A DNA stretch of 64,000 nucleotides from assembly GCA_965205385.1 (NCBI GenBank), contig CBDBGS010000008.1:745752-809751 (forward strand), in the 5' to 3' direction. Position numbers and translations under genes: made by a program. This document shows positions 17,073 through 26,121 of this stretch, piece by piece (positions within the stretch are counted from its first letter, which is position 1; every line of letters begins with the position of its first letter). Below the pieces are notes generated by a model. The model saw only the letters and a program-made list of their open reading frames with translations. It searched no databases and was not told the origin of the DNA. The DNA comes from Dehalococcoidia bacterium. GTDB lineage: Bacteria > Chloroflexota > Dehalococcoidia > Lucifugimonadales > UBA3495.

Positions 17073-18239
17073 TCATAAGCTGCGAACGAACTGGTCCAAC
17101 TGGGATATCGCCTTTTGGATGTTCTCCTGGGAGTTGGCGTAGGAGAGTCTGACATAGCCCTCGCCGTATTCGCCGAAGGCCGCTCCGGATAGCAATGCCA
17201 CTCCGGCATCCGCCATGGCCCGTGCCTCGAACTCGGCGCTGGTCAGCCCCGTTTCCTTGATGCTTGGGAAGGCGTAAAATGCGCCCTCCGGTTCTGGGCA
17301 GTTGATCCCGGGTATGCTCCGTAGTCCGTCGGTAATCAGCCGCCGGCGCTGGCCAAACTCCGCCGCCATCGCCTGCACCTCATCTTGAGGTCCGTCCAAT
17401 GCGGCGATAGCTGCCCTTTGAGTGAACGAAGCCGCGCACGACACGCTGTTTACCGCCAAACGCACTACGTGGGGCACCAGTTCATCGGGCATGATGCCGT
17501 AGCCTAGCCTCCACCCAGTCATCGCGTAGCTCTTGGAGAACCCGTCGAGAATTATCGTGCGCTCCGCCATTCCGGGAAAGGCGGAGATTGTATGGTGTTC
17601 TCCCGTATACAGAATGTCCTTATAAATCTCGTCCGCCAACACATATAGATTAGGACGTTCCTTCACCAAGTCAGCGATCCGCTCCAGTTCTTCGCGGGTG
17701 AATACCGAACCGCAGGGGTTGTTGGGCGAATTTATGATGATGAGCCGGGTGTTGTCAGTTATCTTGCCGGCAAGGTCGTCCAGGTCCGGATGGTAACCTC
17801 GTTCCTCGATTAGCTGCATTGGCACGGCGGTTGCGCCTGAGAATTTCACCATCGACTCGTAGATCGGAAAGCCGGGGTTGGGGTAGATGATCTCGACGCC
17901 GGGTTCTCCCAAGGCCAGCATCACGTAAAACATGATGGGTTTGGCTCCGGGAGTCACTACGACCTGCGACGGCGCGGTGTCGACGCCCCGGACTTCCCTG
18001 CTATTCCTGGCGATGGCCTCGCGAAGCTCCGGTAGGCCGGGAGTGGGGCCGTAGTGGGTATACCCTTGGCGCAGGGCCTCAACACTAGCCTCCACGATGT
18101 GTTGGGGGGTGTCGAAGTCCGGTTCTCCGATTTCCATATGGATGATCTCCCGGCCTTGTGCCTCCAACTCCCTGGCTTTGGCCAGCACCTCGAAGGCGGT
18201 TTCGGTGCCCAGGTCGTTCATTCTCGCGGCTACTGTCAC
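17073..18239 (-). CDS. class I/II PLP-dependent aminotransferase (aspartate aminotransferase-like)
   Basis: 388 aa with the PLP-lysine motif SKSYAMTGWRLGY and NPCG / NPGFP blocks. Confidence 0.85.
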   Translation of the reverse strand: MTVAARMNDLGTETAFEVLAKARELEAQGREIIHMEIGEPDFDTPQHIVEASVEALRQGYTHYGPTPGLPELREAIARNSREVRGVDTAPSQVVVTPGAKPIMFYVMLALGEPGVEIIYPNPGFPIYESMVKFSGATAVPMQLIEERGYHPDLDDLAGKITDNTRLIIINSPNNPCGSVFTREELERIADLVKERPNLYVLADEIYKDILYTGEHHTISAFPGMAERTIILDGFSKSYAMTGWRLGYGIMPDELVPHVVRLAVNSVSCAASFTQRAAIAALDGPQDEVQAMAAEFGQRRRLITDGLRSIPGINCPEPEGAFYAFPSIKETGLTSAEFEARAMADAGVALLSGAAFGEYGEGYVRLSYANSQENIQKAISQLDQFVRSL

Positions 18240-18323
18240 TATGCCCCCTTATGGCTGAGGTGGTTGAGCGCCCGGAGGGGTAATCTTGCCCAGGTGCAAC
18301 TGAGAAGTCCTATTGCCTGTGCC

Positions 18324-19517
18324 TTAGGACTCTGGTTGGGCTTGACTCTGGGTGCGCACGGGCAGCCCGTATATGGAAATAAAACCGTTGGACGCAACGT
18401 GGTCGAACTTGTCTCCCCGGTCGTAGGTGGCCAATTCGTACTGGTAGAGGCTACCGGGCGCGGTCCGGCCTACGACGGTGCAAACGCCCTTGTGAAGCCT
18501 GACCCGGATGTCTCCCGTGACATGACGTTGGGTGCTGCTGAAGTATGCGTCCAGGTCGAGCCGGTGGGCGGTAAACCACAGGCCGTTGTAGACCATGTCG
18601 GCGTATTCCTGGGCGAGGCGCGCCTTGCTTCTGGACTGCTCCTTACTCAGGGTCATCGCTTCCAGGGCGTTATGCGCCGCGTGCAGCACGGTTGCGGCCG
18701 GAGCTTCATAGATCTCACGGGACTTGATACCAACCAAACGGTTTTCCACGTGGTCGATGCGCCCCAGACCGTGATGTCCGGCAATGTCGTTGAGGTGACT
18801 CACCAGGTCGACACCGCCCATGTGTTCCCCGTCAATGGCGGTCGGGACACCCTGATCGAAGTGGATTTCCAGATATACCGGGTCATCCGGCGCAGACGAA
18901 ACGGGGCTGGTCCACGAATAAGCCTCCTCCGGGGGTTCCATCCAGGGGTCTTCCAGTTCTCCGGCCTCCACGCTGCGGCCCCATAGGTTCTCATCGGTGG
19001 AAAAGCGGCTGTTTCCTGGATTGATAGGCAGATTCCGTTCCTTGGCGTACTCGATCTCCTGTTCCCGGTTCATGCCCCAATCGCGTATGGGGCCGATCAC
19101 CTTCAGGTCGGGATCGAGGGCGGCGACGCTAACCTCAATGCGCACCTGGTCGTTGCCCTTGCCGGTACAGCCGTGGGCCACGGTGTAGGCGTCTTCGGCG
19201 TGGGCCGCGTCGACCAGATATTTGGCGATTAAGGGTCGGCCCAGGGCAGTGGCCAGTGGGTATTGGGACTCGTACATCGCTCCGGCGCGCAGCGCGGGAT
19301 AGAGGAAGTCGTTGACCAGGGCCTCCCGTCCGTCGACGGTGAGGGCCTTGGACGCTCCAACCTGCAGGGCTCGCTGCCGGATCGCCTCCAGGTCAACCAT
19401 GCCAAGGTCTATGGTCAGGGTAATGACGTCGGCCCCGTAGTTCTCCTTGAGCCATGGAACGGCGACCGATGTATCGAGCCCGCCGCTATAGGCCAGGATT
19501 ATTTTATCGTTTGCCAT
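18324..19517 (-). CDS. argG: argininosuccinate synthase
   Basis: 397 aa with the N-terminal ATP motif AYSGGLDTS and conserved blocks (HGCTGKGNDQVR, STDENLW). Confidence 0.92.
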   Translation of the reverse strand: MANDKIILAYSGGLDTSVAVPWLKENYGADVITLTIDLGMVDLEAIRQRALQVGASKALTVDGREALVNDFLYPALRAGAMYESQYPLATALGRPLIAKYLVDAAHAEDAYTVAHGCTGKGNDQVRIEVSVAALDPDLKVIGPIRDWGMNREQEIEYAKERNLPINPGNSRFSTDENLWGRSVEAGELEDPWMEPPEEAYSWTSPVSSAPDDPVYLEIHFDQGVPTAIDGEHMGGVDLVSHLNDIAGHHGLGRIDHVENRLVGIKSREIYEAPAATVLHAAHNALEAMTLSKEQSRSKARLAQEYADMVYNGLWFTAHRLDLDAYFSSTQRHVTGDIRVRLHKGVCTVVGRTAPGSLYQYELATYDRGDKFDHVASNGFISIYGLPVRTQSQAQPES

Positions 19518-19544
19518 GAATGATTCCCTCGCGGGTCGGTGTTC

Positions 19545-19757
19545 CTAAAGTGCTGTCAAGAAATCTGTAATGGAAACGCGCGCGTCCCTTAATATCCTCA
19601 GGATCATGCCCCTGGATCCATGGTCCGGCACGGTGGTGGACCGGCCATCTGCGTGCCGCAAGCTGATATGACTCCCCCTTTGTCGTACCGCCTCGAACCC
19701 CAGCCGGTGTAGGGCTCGAATCAGCTCTCGGGCCCGAAGAATCGGGACACGAGTCAT
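19545..19757 (-). CDS. hicA: type II toxin HicA (mRNA interferase)
   Basis: 70 aa, LIRALHRLGFEAVRQRGSHISLRH, matching the YcfA/HicA pattern. It sits immediately downstream of a HicB-like ORF. Confidence 0.8.
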   Translation of the reverse strand: MTRVPILRARELIRALHRLGFEAVRQRGSHISLRHADGRSTTVPDHGSRGMILRILRDARVSITDFLTAL

Positions 19758-19763
19758 AGGATG

Positions 19764-19985
19764 TTAGACTTCGAGTCGCTGGATTCCTACGAATTCCAAT
19801 GTCTCAGTTTCGCTATCAACGTCCAACACATCGTCTAAGCAAAGGAGGATCACCTCCTTCATGTTTGCCATCAGGTCGTCAAGCGTATTGCCATAACTAT
19901 GGCAGGACTTCAACTGTGGGACTTCTCCGATCAGCACACCGTTTTCGTCCCTCTCAATGACGACATAGAAAGCTCTCTTTGACAT
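19764..19985 (-). CDS. hicB: type II antitoxin HicB (UPF0150 fold, no obvious DNA-binding extension)
   Basis: 73 aa. FYVVIERDENGVLIGEVPQLKSCHSYGNTLDDLMANMKEVI is typical of the HicB N-terminal domain. Confidence 0.75.
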   Translation of the reverse strand: MSKRAFYVVIERDENGVLIGEVPQLKSCHSYGNTLDDLMANMKEVILLCLDDVLDVDSETETLEFVGIQRLEV

Positions 19986-20010
19986 CGTTTCCGTACCCCG
20001 TGTGCCGGGC

Positions 20011-21201
20011 CTAAATTTTTGAGAGCGCGTTGCCCAACCGTTCCGCTGCCTCGTCGATCTCCTCCTTGGTTACGTTGAGCGGCGGCATGAAACGAATAGT
20101 GTGGGGCCGGGGGGCGTTCAGTAACAGACCGGCTTCGTTGGCGTTAGCCAACACCTGCCCGGAAATGTCGCTTTCGAAGTCCATCGCCGCCAGCAAGCCC
20201 TTTCCGCGCACCTCGGACACAAAGGAGAAGCGGGACTTGAGGTCATTGAGGGCTCCCAGCAGTGCGCCTTCCATCTCCTTGGCGTGGCCCGGAATGTCGT
20301 TCTCAATCAAGTATTGGGTACCTGCGAAAGCGGCGGCGGTGGTCAACGCGTTCCCCCCGAAGGTGGAGCCGTGGTCACCGGGCACCAACGCTTGGCAATG
20401 GGCCTTGGAAAGGAACGCGCCGATGGGGACACCGTAGCCGAGGCCCTTGGCTAGGGTCATTACGTCCGGCTCCACCCCAAACTCCTGGTAGCCAAACAAG
20501 CTTCCCAAGCGCCCCATCCCTGTTTGCACTTCGTCCAAGATGAGCAGAATGCCTTGACTGTCGCACCATTCGCGGACCCTTTGCAGGTAATCGTCATCGG
20601 GGATGATTACCCCCGCCTCGCCCTGAACCGGCTCCACCATGACGGCGGCTGTGCGCTCGTTGGTGGCATTCATGATTGCCTCGACGTCGTTATAGTCCAC
20701 ATGAACGAAGCCGGGAAGCAAGGGCGCGAAATTCTCCTGGTAGTGGGGCTGTCCGGTGGCGGCCACGGTCGCCTGAGTCCTTCCGTGGAAGGAGTTTAAG
20801 GCCGTGATAATCTCGTAAGCGCCGTCCCGGTTCAGCTTGCCGTAGCGGCGGGCCAGTTTCATCGCCCCTTCCACAGCCTCTGCCCCGCTATTGCCGAAGA
20901 AAACCAGGTCAAGGCAGCTATTCTCTATTAGCGTCTCGGCCAGTCGTAGCTGCGGCACGGTATAAAACTGGTTGGAAGTCTGAATCAAAGTGCCAGCCTG
21001 TTCTGTGATCGCCTGGGTGATCACCGGATGACTGTGGCCAAGCTGGTTCACCGCCCAACCGGCTACGAAGTCCAGGTATTGCTTGCCGTCGGCGTCCCAT
21101 ACCTCAGTGCCCTCTCCTCGTACTATCACCACCGGTTGGCGGCGCACCGTTTGCGCGTAGTATTTTTTCTCGATTGCTATCCACTCGCTGCTTTGGGTCA
21201 T
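20011..21201 (-). CDS. argD: acetylornithine aminotransferase
   Basis: 396 aa, class III aminotransferase. It has GNSGAEAVEGAMKLAR, LILDEVQTGMGRLG and TLAKGLG motifs, and sits in an arg gene context. Confidence 0.88.
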   Translation of the reverse strand: MTQSSEWIAIEKKYYAQTVRRQPVVIVRGEGTEVWDADGKQYLDFVAGWAVNQLGHSHPVITQAITEQAGTLIQTSNQFYTVPQLRLAETLIENSCLDLVFFGNSGAEAVEGAMKLARRYGKLNRDGAYEIITALNSFHGRTQATVAATGQPHYQENFAPLLPGFVHVDYNDVEAIMNATNERTAAVMVEPVQGEAGVIIPDDDYLQRVREWCDSQGILLILDEVQTGMGRLGSLFGYQEFGVEPDVMTLAKGLGYGVPIGAFLSKAHCQALVPGDHGSTFGGNALTTAAAFAGTQYLIENDIPGHAKEMEGALLGALNDLKSRFSFVSEVRGKGLLAAMDFESDISGQVLANANEAGLLLNAPRPHTIRFMPPLNVTKEEIDEAAERLGNALSKI

Positions 21202-23918
21202 TGATGGCTACCTCCCATGGATTGACGTAGGTCTTCGAGGGCTCCCTGCAGGTCGTCTACCGCCTGACTAAGTTCCGCTACCGCGTCTTGCATCCGGTCC
21301 AATTCCTCCGGTCCCGGCGGTGACCGGGAACCGAGGACACTCGCGGAGGTGGGTTGACCTTCTTCTCCGGAAAGCAGCATGGCCAAGCCTTCGTCTACTG
21401 AGTCGGCCATCACCACGCCACCGCCGTCGGCCATGATAATCTTCTTAAGCTCAGGGAATTCCAGCCCCTCCGATTGAAGGTACAGCGGCTCCAAGTACAG
21501 GATTGAACCGTCAATGGGGATGACCAAGAGCTGACCCCGAATTATCACGGACCCCGCCCCCTCCCAGAGTGTGAATTGTTGGGAGATCTGTTGGTCGTTC
21601 TCTATCCTGGCTTCTACTTGGCTTGGCCCGTCAACTTGAGGGTCGCTGGGCAAATGATAGCTCAATAACTCCCCGTAGTGGGGGCCGTCGTTTCGGGCCA
21701 TTAGCCAACCAACCAAGTTCTTCTTCTCCCCGGCGGGGGTGAAGGGGACCATGAGCACGAACTCTTCCTGTTCAGACTCCGGAGTCGGCAACAACAGGTA
21801 TGAGGGTCTCACCCGAACGCCCTGTTTTCCAAACCTGGTTTCCAGGGGTATTGCCCACTGCTCTGCCTGATTGAAGAACACATGCGGATCGGCGACATGG
21901 TATCGCAGGTACAATCGGGACTGGGCAGAGAAGAGACCTATCGGGTACCGGATGTGCTCCCGCAGGTCCTCGGGCATTTCGTCTAGCTCTTTGAACATGC
22001 TGGGAAACGCGCGGCGGTACATCATGAGCAACGGGTCGCCGGGCTGGACCGCGTAAAAATCAACCGTGCCATTATAGGCGTCCACCACCACTTTGACACT
22101 GTTTCGTATGTAGTTGACGCTCTCCTCAAGCCGTGTGGAATAGGGTATCCGGTTGGTCACGGTGTATGCGTCCTGGAGCCACCACAGTTTACCAGCCTGG
22201 TCGAGCACCGGATAGGGGTCACGGTCGAGATGAAGGAACGGGGCGATTGCCTGGACTCTGCTCTGGACGTCCCGCCGATATTGAAGGCGGCTTTCGGGGG
22301 TAACCTGGTCGCTGAGCATGATATTCACGTCGCCGAACTGCCAGGCGTACGCCATCCGGCGGGCCCGGGAGTTTAGCCGCACACCGCCATCTCCGGTGTA
22401 GTGCTGGAAGTCGCTGGCCGGGTCCACCTCTGGCAAGGCGCTATTCACGATTGCGAAATTGACCTGAGACTCACCGTAATAGAGTTCGGGCCTCTCTACG
22501 GGGAATTCGCCCTGGATGGGTATGTCCTGCACCAGGAACTCCGGGCGTCCCTCGCCCGGTGTGAAGCCGTTGGCCGGGCTCATTGCCACGCCATACCCGT
22601 GGGTGTATTGGAGCTGCTGGTTGACCCAGTTCCGGGCATCGTCGGGCAGGTTTTCCAAGCTGAGTTCCCGCGCGCCGATCAACACCTGACGTAGCTCGCC
22701 GTCGACCAAATAACGGTCGGAGTCCATGTTCAAAAAGTTGTAATAAAGCTCCATGAACTGGAGTTGGTTATAGGCGTCCTCCAGGGGCTGGAGGTCCCAT
22801 AGCCGGATGTTGTCTATCGTGGCCCGGTGGTCGCCAAAAGACACGGGGTTCAACCGAGGGGTGGATGGATAGGTGGCCTCCTTGATCTGGTCCAGTTCGT
22901 AGGATGCGCGGGTGGCCTCGATGTTCCGCTCGATGTATACCGTCTCCCGGGCAAACTCGTTGGGGTCCACCCTGAACCGTTGGAATAGGGAAGGGTAAGC
23001 AAGGTCCGCCAGCAGCAGGGCGATGACCCACAGGCTGAACGACCCCACCATGAGCCGAGGCCCGCCGAACAAATTGCTGACCGCGAACCCAGCGGCTGCC
23101 AGGGCCGCGATGCCGGTCAAGAGCCAAAGCGCGGGGATGCGGGCGTGTACATCGGTGTAGGTGGCGCCGAAAACCACGCCGTTGTCCGATAGCACCAATT
23201 CGAACACGTCAAACGCATGTCCTGCCGCGATTGCCACCATGAGGAACACGCCCAGGGCCGCACCATGCCGCATCATCCGTGGGGCCAATATAAAGGTCGT
23301 TCCCCTGAGGCTATAGGCCGCGATATATAGAGTTGCCGAGACCACTATGGCTGTGACGGCTAGACCCAATGACCATCCCTGGATGAAATGAAGGAGCCGA
23401 AGATCGACGACATAGAAGGACGTATCTAGACCGAATTGAGGCTCGATTGATCCGAAAGAGAGCTTGTTGAAGAAGAGGAGGAAGGTCTCCCAACGGCCTG
23501 CGGCTATTGAACCGAATACGGTCCCACCGACCAGGGCGGTTAGGCCCGCGCTGCCGACTACCGTGGCCCGCAATAACCTCAGAAAGTCCTGGGGAAGTCC
23601 CAGAGTTGACGGCCCCTTGGCTATGGACCAGGCGAAGTATAGGTTGACAGCGAGGACCGCCCCCGCGATGAGGGTTCCGCCCAGGAAGAGCCACATCTTG
23701 AGAAACAGGACCTTGACGTACACTGCGGTGAAACCGAGGGTGCCGAACCATAGCAGGTCCGTATAGACGCCGCGAGCCCACCAGAGGGCCAGCGCTAAAA
23801 CGACCAAGGCGGTTAGGGCTGGGAACCCTCTTTGTAGACGGCGTTGAGTTTCGGCGGAGATTCCGGGGAGCTTCGGCGCCGCGGGTAGTTCGGCGTCGTT
23901 GGAGAGGTTATAATTCAT
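21198..23918 (-). CDS. UPF0182 family large membrane protein
   Basis: 906 aa with about 7 N-terminal TM segments followed by a large soluble region. It has conserved blocks (NIRLWD, YTHGYG, YYGE). Its 4-nt overlap with the argD start suggests co-translation. Confidence 0.75.
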   Translation of the reverse strand: MNYNLSNDAELPAAPKLPGISAETQRRLQRGFPALTALVVLALALWWARGVYTDLLWFGTLGFTAVYVKVLFLKMWLFLGGTLIAGAVLAVNLYFAWSIAKGPSTLGLPQDFLRLLRATVVGSAGLTALVGGTVFGSIAAGRWETFLLFFNKLSFGSIEPQFGLDTSFYVVDLRLLHFIQGWSLGLAVTAIVVSATLYIAAYSLRGTTFILAPRMMRHGAALGVFLMVAIAAGHAFDVFELVLSDNGVVFGATYTDVHARIPALWLLTGIAALAAAGFAVSNLFGGPRLMVGSFSLWVIALLLADLAYPSLFQRFRVDPNEFARETVYIERNIEATRASYELDQIKEATYPSTPRLNPVSFGDHRATIDNIRLWDLQPLEDAYNQLQFMELYYNFLNMDSDRYLVDGELRQVLIGARELSLENLPDDARNWVNQQLQYTHGYGVAMSPANGFTPGEGRPEFLVQDIPIQGEFPVERPELYYGESQVNFAIVNSALPEVDPASDFQHYTGDGGVRLNSRARRMAYAWQFGDVNIMLSDQVTPESRLQYRRDVQSRVQAIAPFLHLDRDPYPVLDQAGKLWWLQDAYTVTNRIPYSTRLEESVNYIRNSVKVVVDAYNGTVDFYAVQPGDPLLMMYRRAFPSMFKELDEMPEDLREHIRYPIGLFSAQSRLYLRYHVADPHVFFNQAEQWAIPLETRFGKQGVRVRPSYLLLPTPESEQEEFVLMVPFTPAGEKKNLVGWLMARNDGPHYGELLSYHLPSDPQVDGPSQVEARIENDQQISQQFTLWEGAGSVIIRGQLLVIPIDGSILYLEPLYLQSEGLEFPELKKIIMADGGGVVMADSVDEGLAMLLSGEEGQPTSASVLGSRSPPGPEELDRMQDAVAELSQAVDDLQGALEDLRQSMGGSHQ

Positions 23919-23930
23919 CGCGGCTATAGG

Positions 23931-24803
23931 CTAGTGAGCGTCGGGGGGACTGGCGCCGCGGATGATAGTTGTGCCCGAGTGGCGTCCATTAAGACATTCC
24001 ATCAGTGCGCCGGGTTGCCTGCCGTCAATTATATCCGCCACTGGGGAACCTTCCAGGGCTCGAAGACACGCGGCAACTTTGGGTATCATTCCGCCGCGAA
24101 CGATGCCTGATTCGAATAGGGCTCCGGCCCTGGTCTGGTCCAAGCGGCGGATGACCCGCCCGGAGCCGTCCATCACGCCCGCAACGTTGGTCAGAAACAC
24201 GAGCCGACTCGCGCCCAGGGCGCGGGCCAACTCTCCGGCGACGGTGTCGCCATTGATGTTCAGCGCGGTCCCGGAATTCTCGGAACCGTCCTGGCAGTGT
24301 CTTGCCAGTGGAGCGACCATCGGGATGTAGCCGTTGGTGAGGAGCGCATCCAGGGGACCGCTGTTGACCTGGGTGATCTCACCCACAAAACCCAGTTCAG
24401 GGTTCGCGATGTAGGCGTCAAGAAGCCCGCCGTCGATACCGCTGATGCCAATTGCCCGGCCGCCCAGCTCGTGTAATTGGGACACAAGCTCCTTGTTGAT
24501 AAGACCGGTGAGCACCGCGACCACGATTTCAAGGCTCGCGGCGTCTGTAACGCGAAGACCGTTAACAAAGCGGGGCGGGATACCCTGGCGCTGCATCCAC
24601 TCAGAAATGACGTTGCCGCCGCCATGCACCACCACCACATCGACGCCAGCTTTTTGGAGGGCCACCAAGTCCTTCAGACTTGTGTCGTGACTGCCGAGGG
24701 TACTTCCTCCAATTTTGACCACGATCGGTGCGCCGGGCACGTTGCCATCCCTCAGGTAGTGTAGGCGCTGTTGATGATGACGTACTCTTCGGTCAGGTCG
24801 CAT
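23931..24803 (-). CDS. argB: acetylglutamate kinase
   Basis: 290 aa with IVVKIGGS and VVVHGGG motifs. The annotated 5-prime end overlaps argJ by 52 nt, so the true start is probably internal. Confidence 0.88.
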   Translation of the reverse strand: MRPDRRVRHHQQRLHYLRDGNVPGAPIVVKIGGSTLGSHDTSLKDLVALQKAGVDVVVVHGGGNVISEWMQRQGIPPRFVNGLRVTDAASLEIVVAVLTGLINKELVSQLHELGGRAIGISGIDGGLLDAYIANPELGFVGEITQVNSGPLDALLTNGYIPMVAPLARHCQDGSENSGTALNINGDTVAGELARALGASRLVFLTNVAGVMDGSGRVIRRLDQTRAGALFESGIVRGGMIPKVAACLRALEGSPVADIIDGRQPGALMECLNGRHSGTTIIRGASPPDAH

Positions 24804-25972
24804 CCCCAGGCGGTGGCGTCACCGTTTCCAAGGCCCAAATGAATGCGGAATGTGACCTCCGGGCCCCGCATCAGCGCGACAACCGCGTCCCGGTGGAACG
24901 GGATCGGGAGACCGCTCTGCATGATGCAGACACCGTTGACGAACAGGTCGACCTTGTTCTCCTCCACCCTCGCCCCGCTTCGACCCAGGGCCATCAATAT
25001 GCGTCCCCAGTTGGGATCCGCCCCGTAGACCGCCGACTTGACCAAGCTTGAACCGGCTATGGTTCGGGCGGCCATTCGCGCGTCAGTCACGTTCGCCGCC
25101 CCGGCGATCTCCACGGTGATCATGCGAGACGCGCCCTCGCCGTCCCGGGCTAGCTCTTTGGCCAGGTGGACGCAGACCTGGAGTAGGGCTTCCTTGAAAG
25201 TATCCGCGTAGGGACTATCCGCGTCGACGGGAGTGTTGCCGGCCCGGCCGTTGGCCATGACCAGCGCCGTGTCGTTGGTGCTGCTGTCGCCGTCCACGGT
25301 CATCATATTAAAGGATGAGTCGGCAACCTCCTTCAATGCGGCCTGAAGGAAGTCTTTGTCCACCGCCGCGTCGGTGGTGATGAAGGAGAGCATGGTGGCC
25401 ATATTGGGGTGGATCATCCCGGACCCTTTGACCACCCCACCCATGTCGACCTGACGCCCGTCCAGCTCGAAACGGACCGCCACCTCTTTGGGGTGCGTGT
25501 CGGTGGTCATCATGGCGCGGGCGACAGCGTGGCCGCCGTCGGTGGAAAGGTCGATTTGTTCCACGCCGGTGCGAATCAGCGACATGGGAAGTTCTACGCC
25601 GATGACCCCGGTACTGCAGACCAATACCTCGTCAGGCTGCAGCCCCAGCCGACGGGCCGTGAGAGTGGTCATCTCCTTGGCGTCAGTGTAGCCTTGCTCG
25701 CCGACGCAAGTATTGGCGATTCCTGCGTTTACGATGAGCGCTCGGACGGGACCGGCGTTGACGTTTTCTTGGGTCACGGTTACCGAGGGAGACCGGATGG
25801 CGTTGGTCGTGAACACTCCAGCCGTGGTGCAGGGAGACTCGGACAGGATGATGCCCAGGTCCAGCTTATCTTCGGAGTAAGTCTTCAGTCCGGCGTAGGT
25901 TGCGCCGGCCAGGAAGCCGCCGGGGTTGGTTACCGTCCCACCCTCTCTAAATTCAACTGCACCAGCCATCAA
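24752..25972 (-). CDS. argJ: bifunctional glutamate N-acetyltransferase / amino-acid acetyltransferase ArgJ
   Basis: 406 aa with the autoproteolysis site context ([14 protein letters not shown]) and the conserved C-terminus [10 protein letters not shown]. Confidence 0.9.
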   Translation of the reverse strand: MMAGAVEFREGGTVTNPGGFLAGATYAGLKTYSEDKLDLGIILSESPCTTAGVFTTNAIRSPSVTVTQENVNAGPVRALIVNAGIANTCVGEQGYTDAKEMTTLTARRLGLQPDEVLVCSTGVIGVELPMSLIRTGVEQIDLSTDGGHAVARAMMTTDTHPKEVAVRFELDGRQVDMGGVVKGSGMIHPNMATMLSFITTDAAVDKDFLQAALKEVADSSFNMMTVDGDSSTNDTALVMANGRAGNTPVDADSPYADTFKEALLQVCVHLAKELARDGEGASRMITVEIAGAANVTDARMAARTIAGSSLVKSAVYGADPNWGRILMALGRSGARVEENKVDLFVNGVCIMQSGLPIPFHRDAVVALMRGPEVTFRIHLGLGNGDATAWGCDLTEEYVIINSAYTT

Positions 25973-26121
25973 AAACCGTCCCTCGGATCACGAAATCGCG
26001 TCTTGTACGGGGCTGGAGTATAACACAACCCCTTGGCCCCTGGGATTAATTTGCCCACCCTGAGTCCGGTTTGCGGCGCTCAGGATGGGCGGGAATCAGC
26101 ACAGCCAGCCAGGTCTTTCGG

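Noticed and set aside
16667-17209. Long form (180 aa) of the aspartic-protease-like ORF.
   Set aside because: Its first ~57 codons overlap the 3-prime end of the aminotransferase gene and are Pro/Ser/Arg-rich. A GTG at 17038 gives a compact domain-sized protein without overlap.
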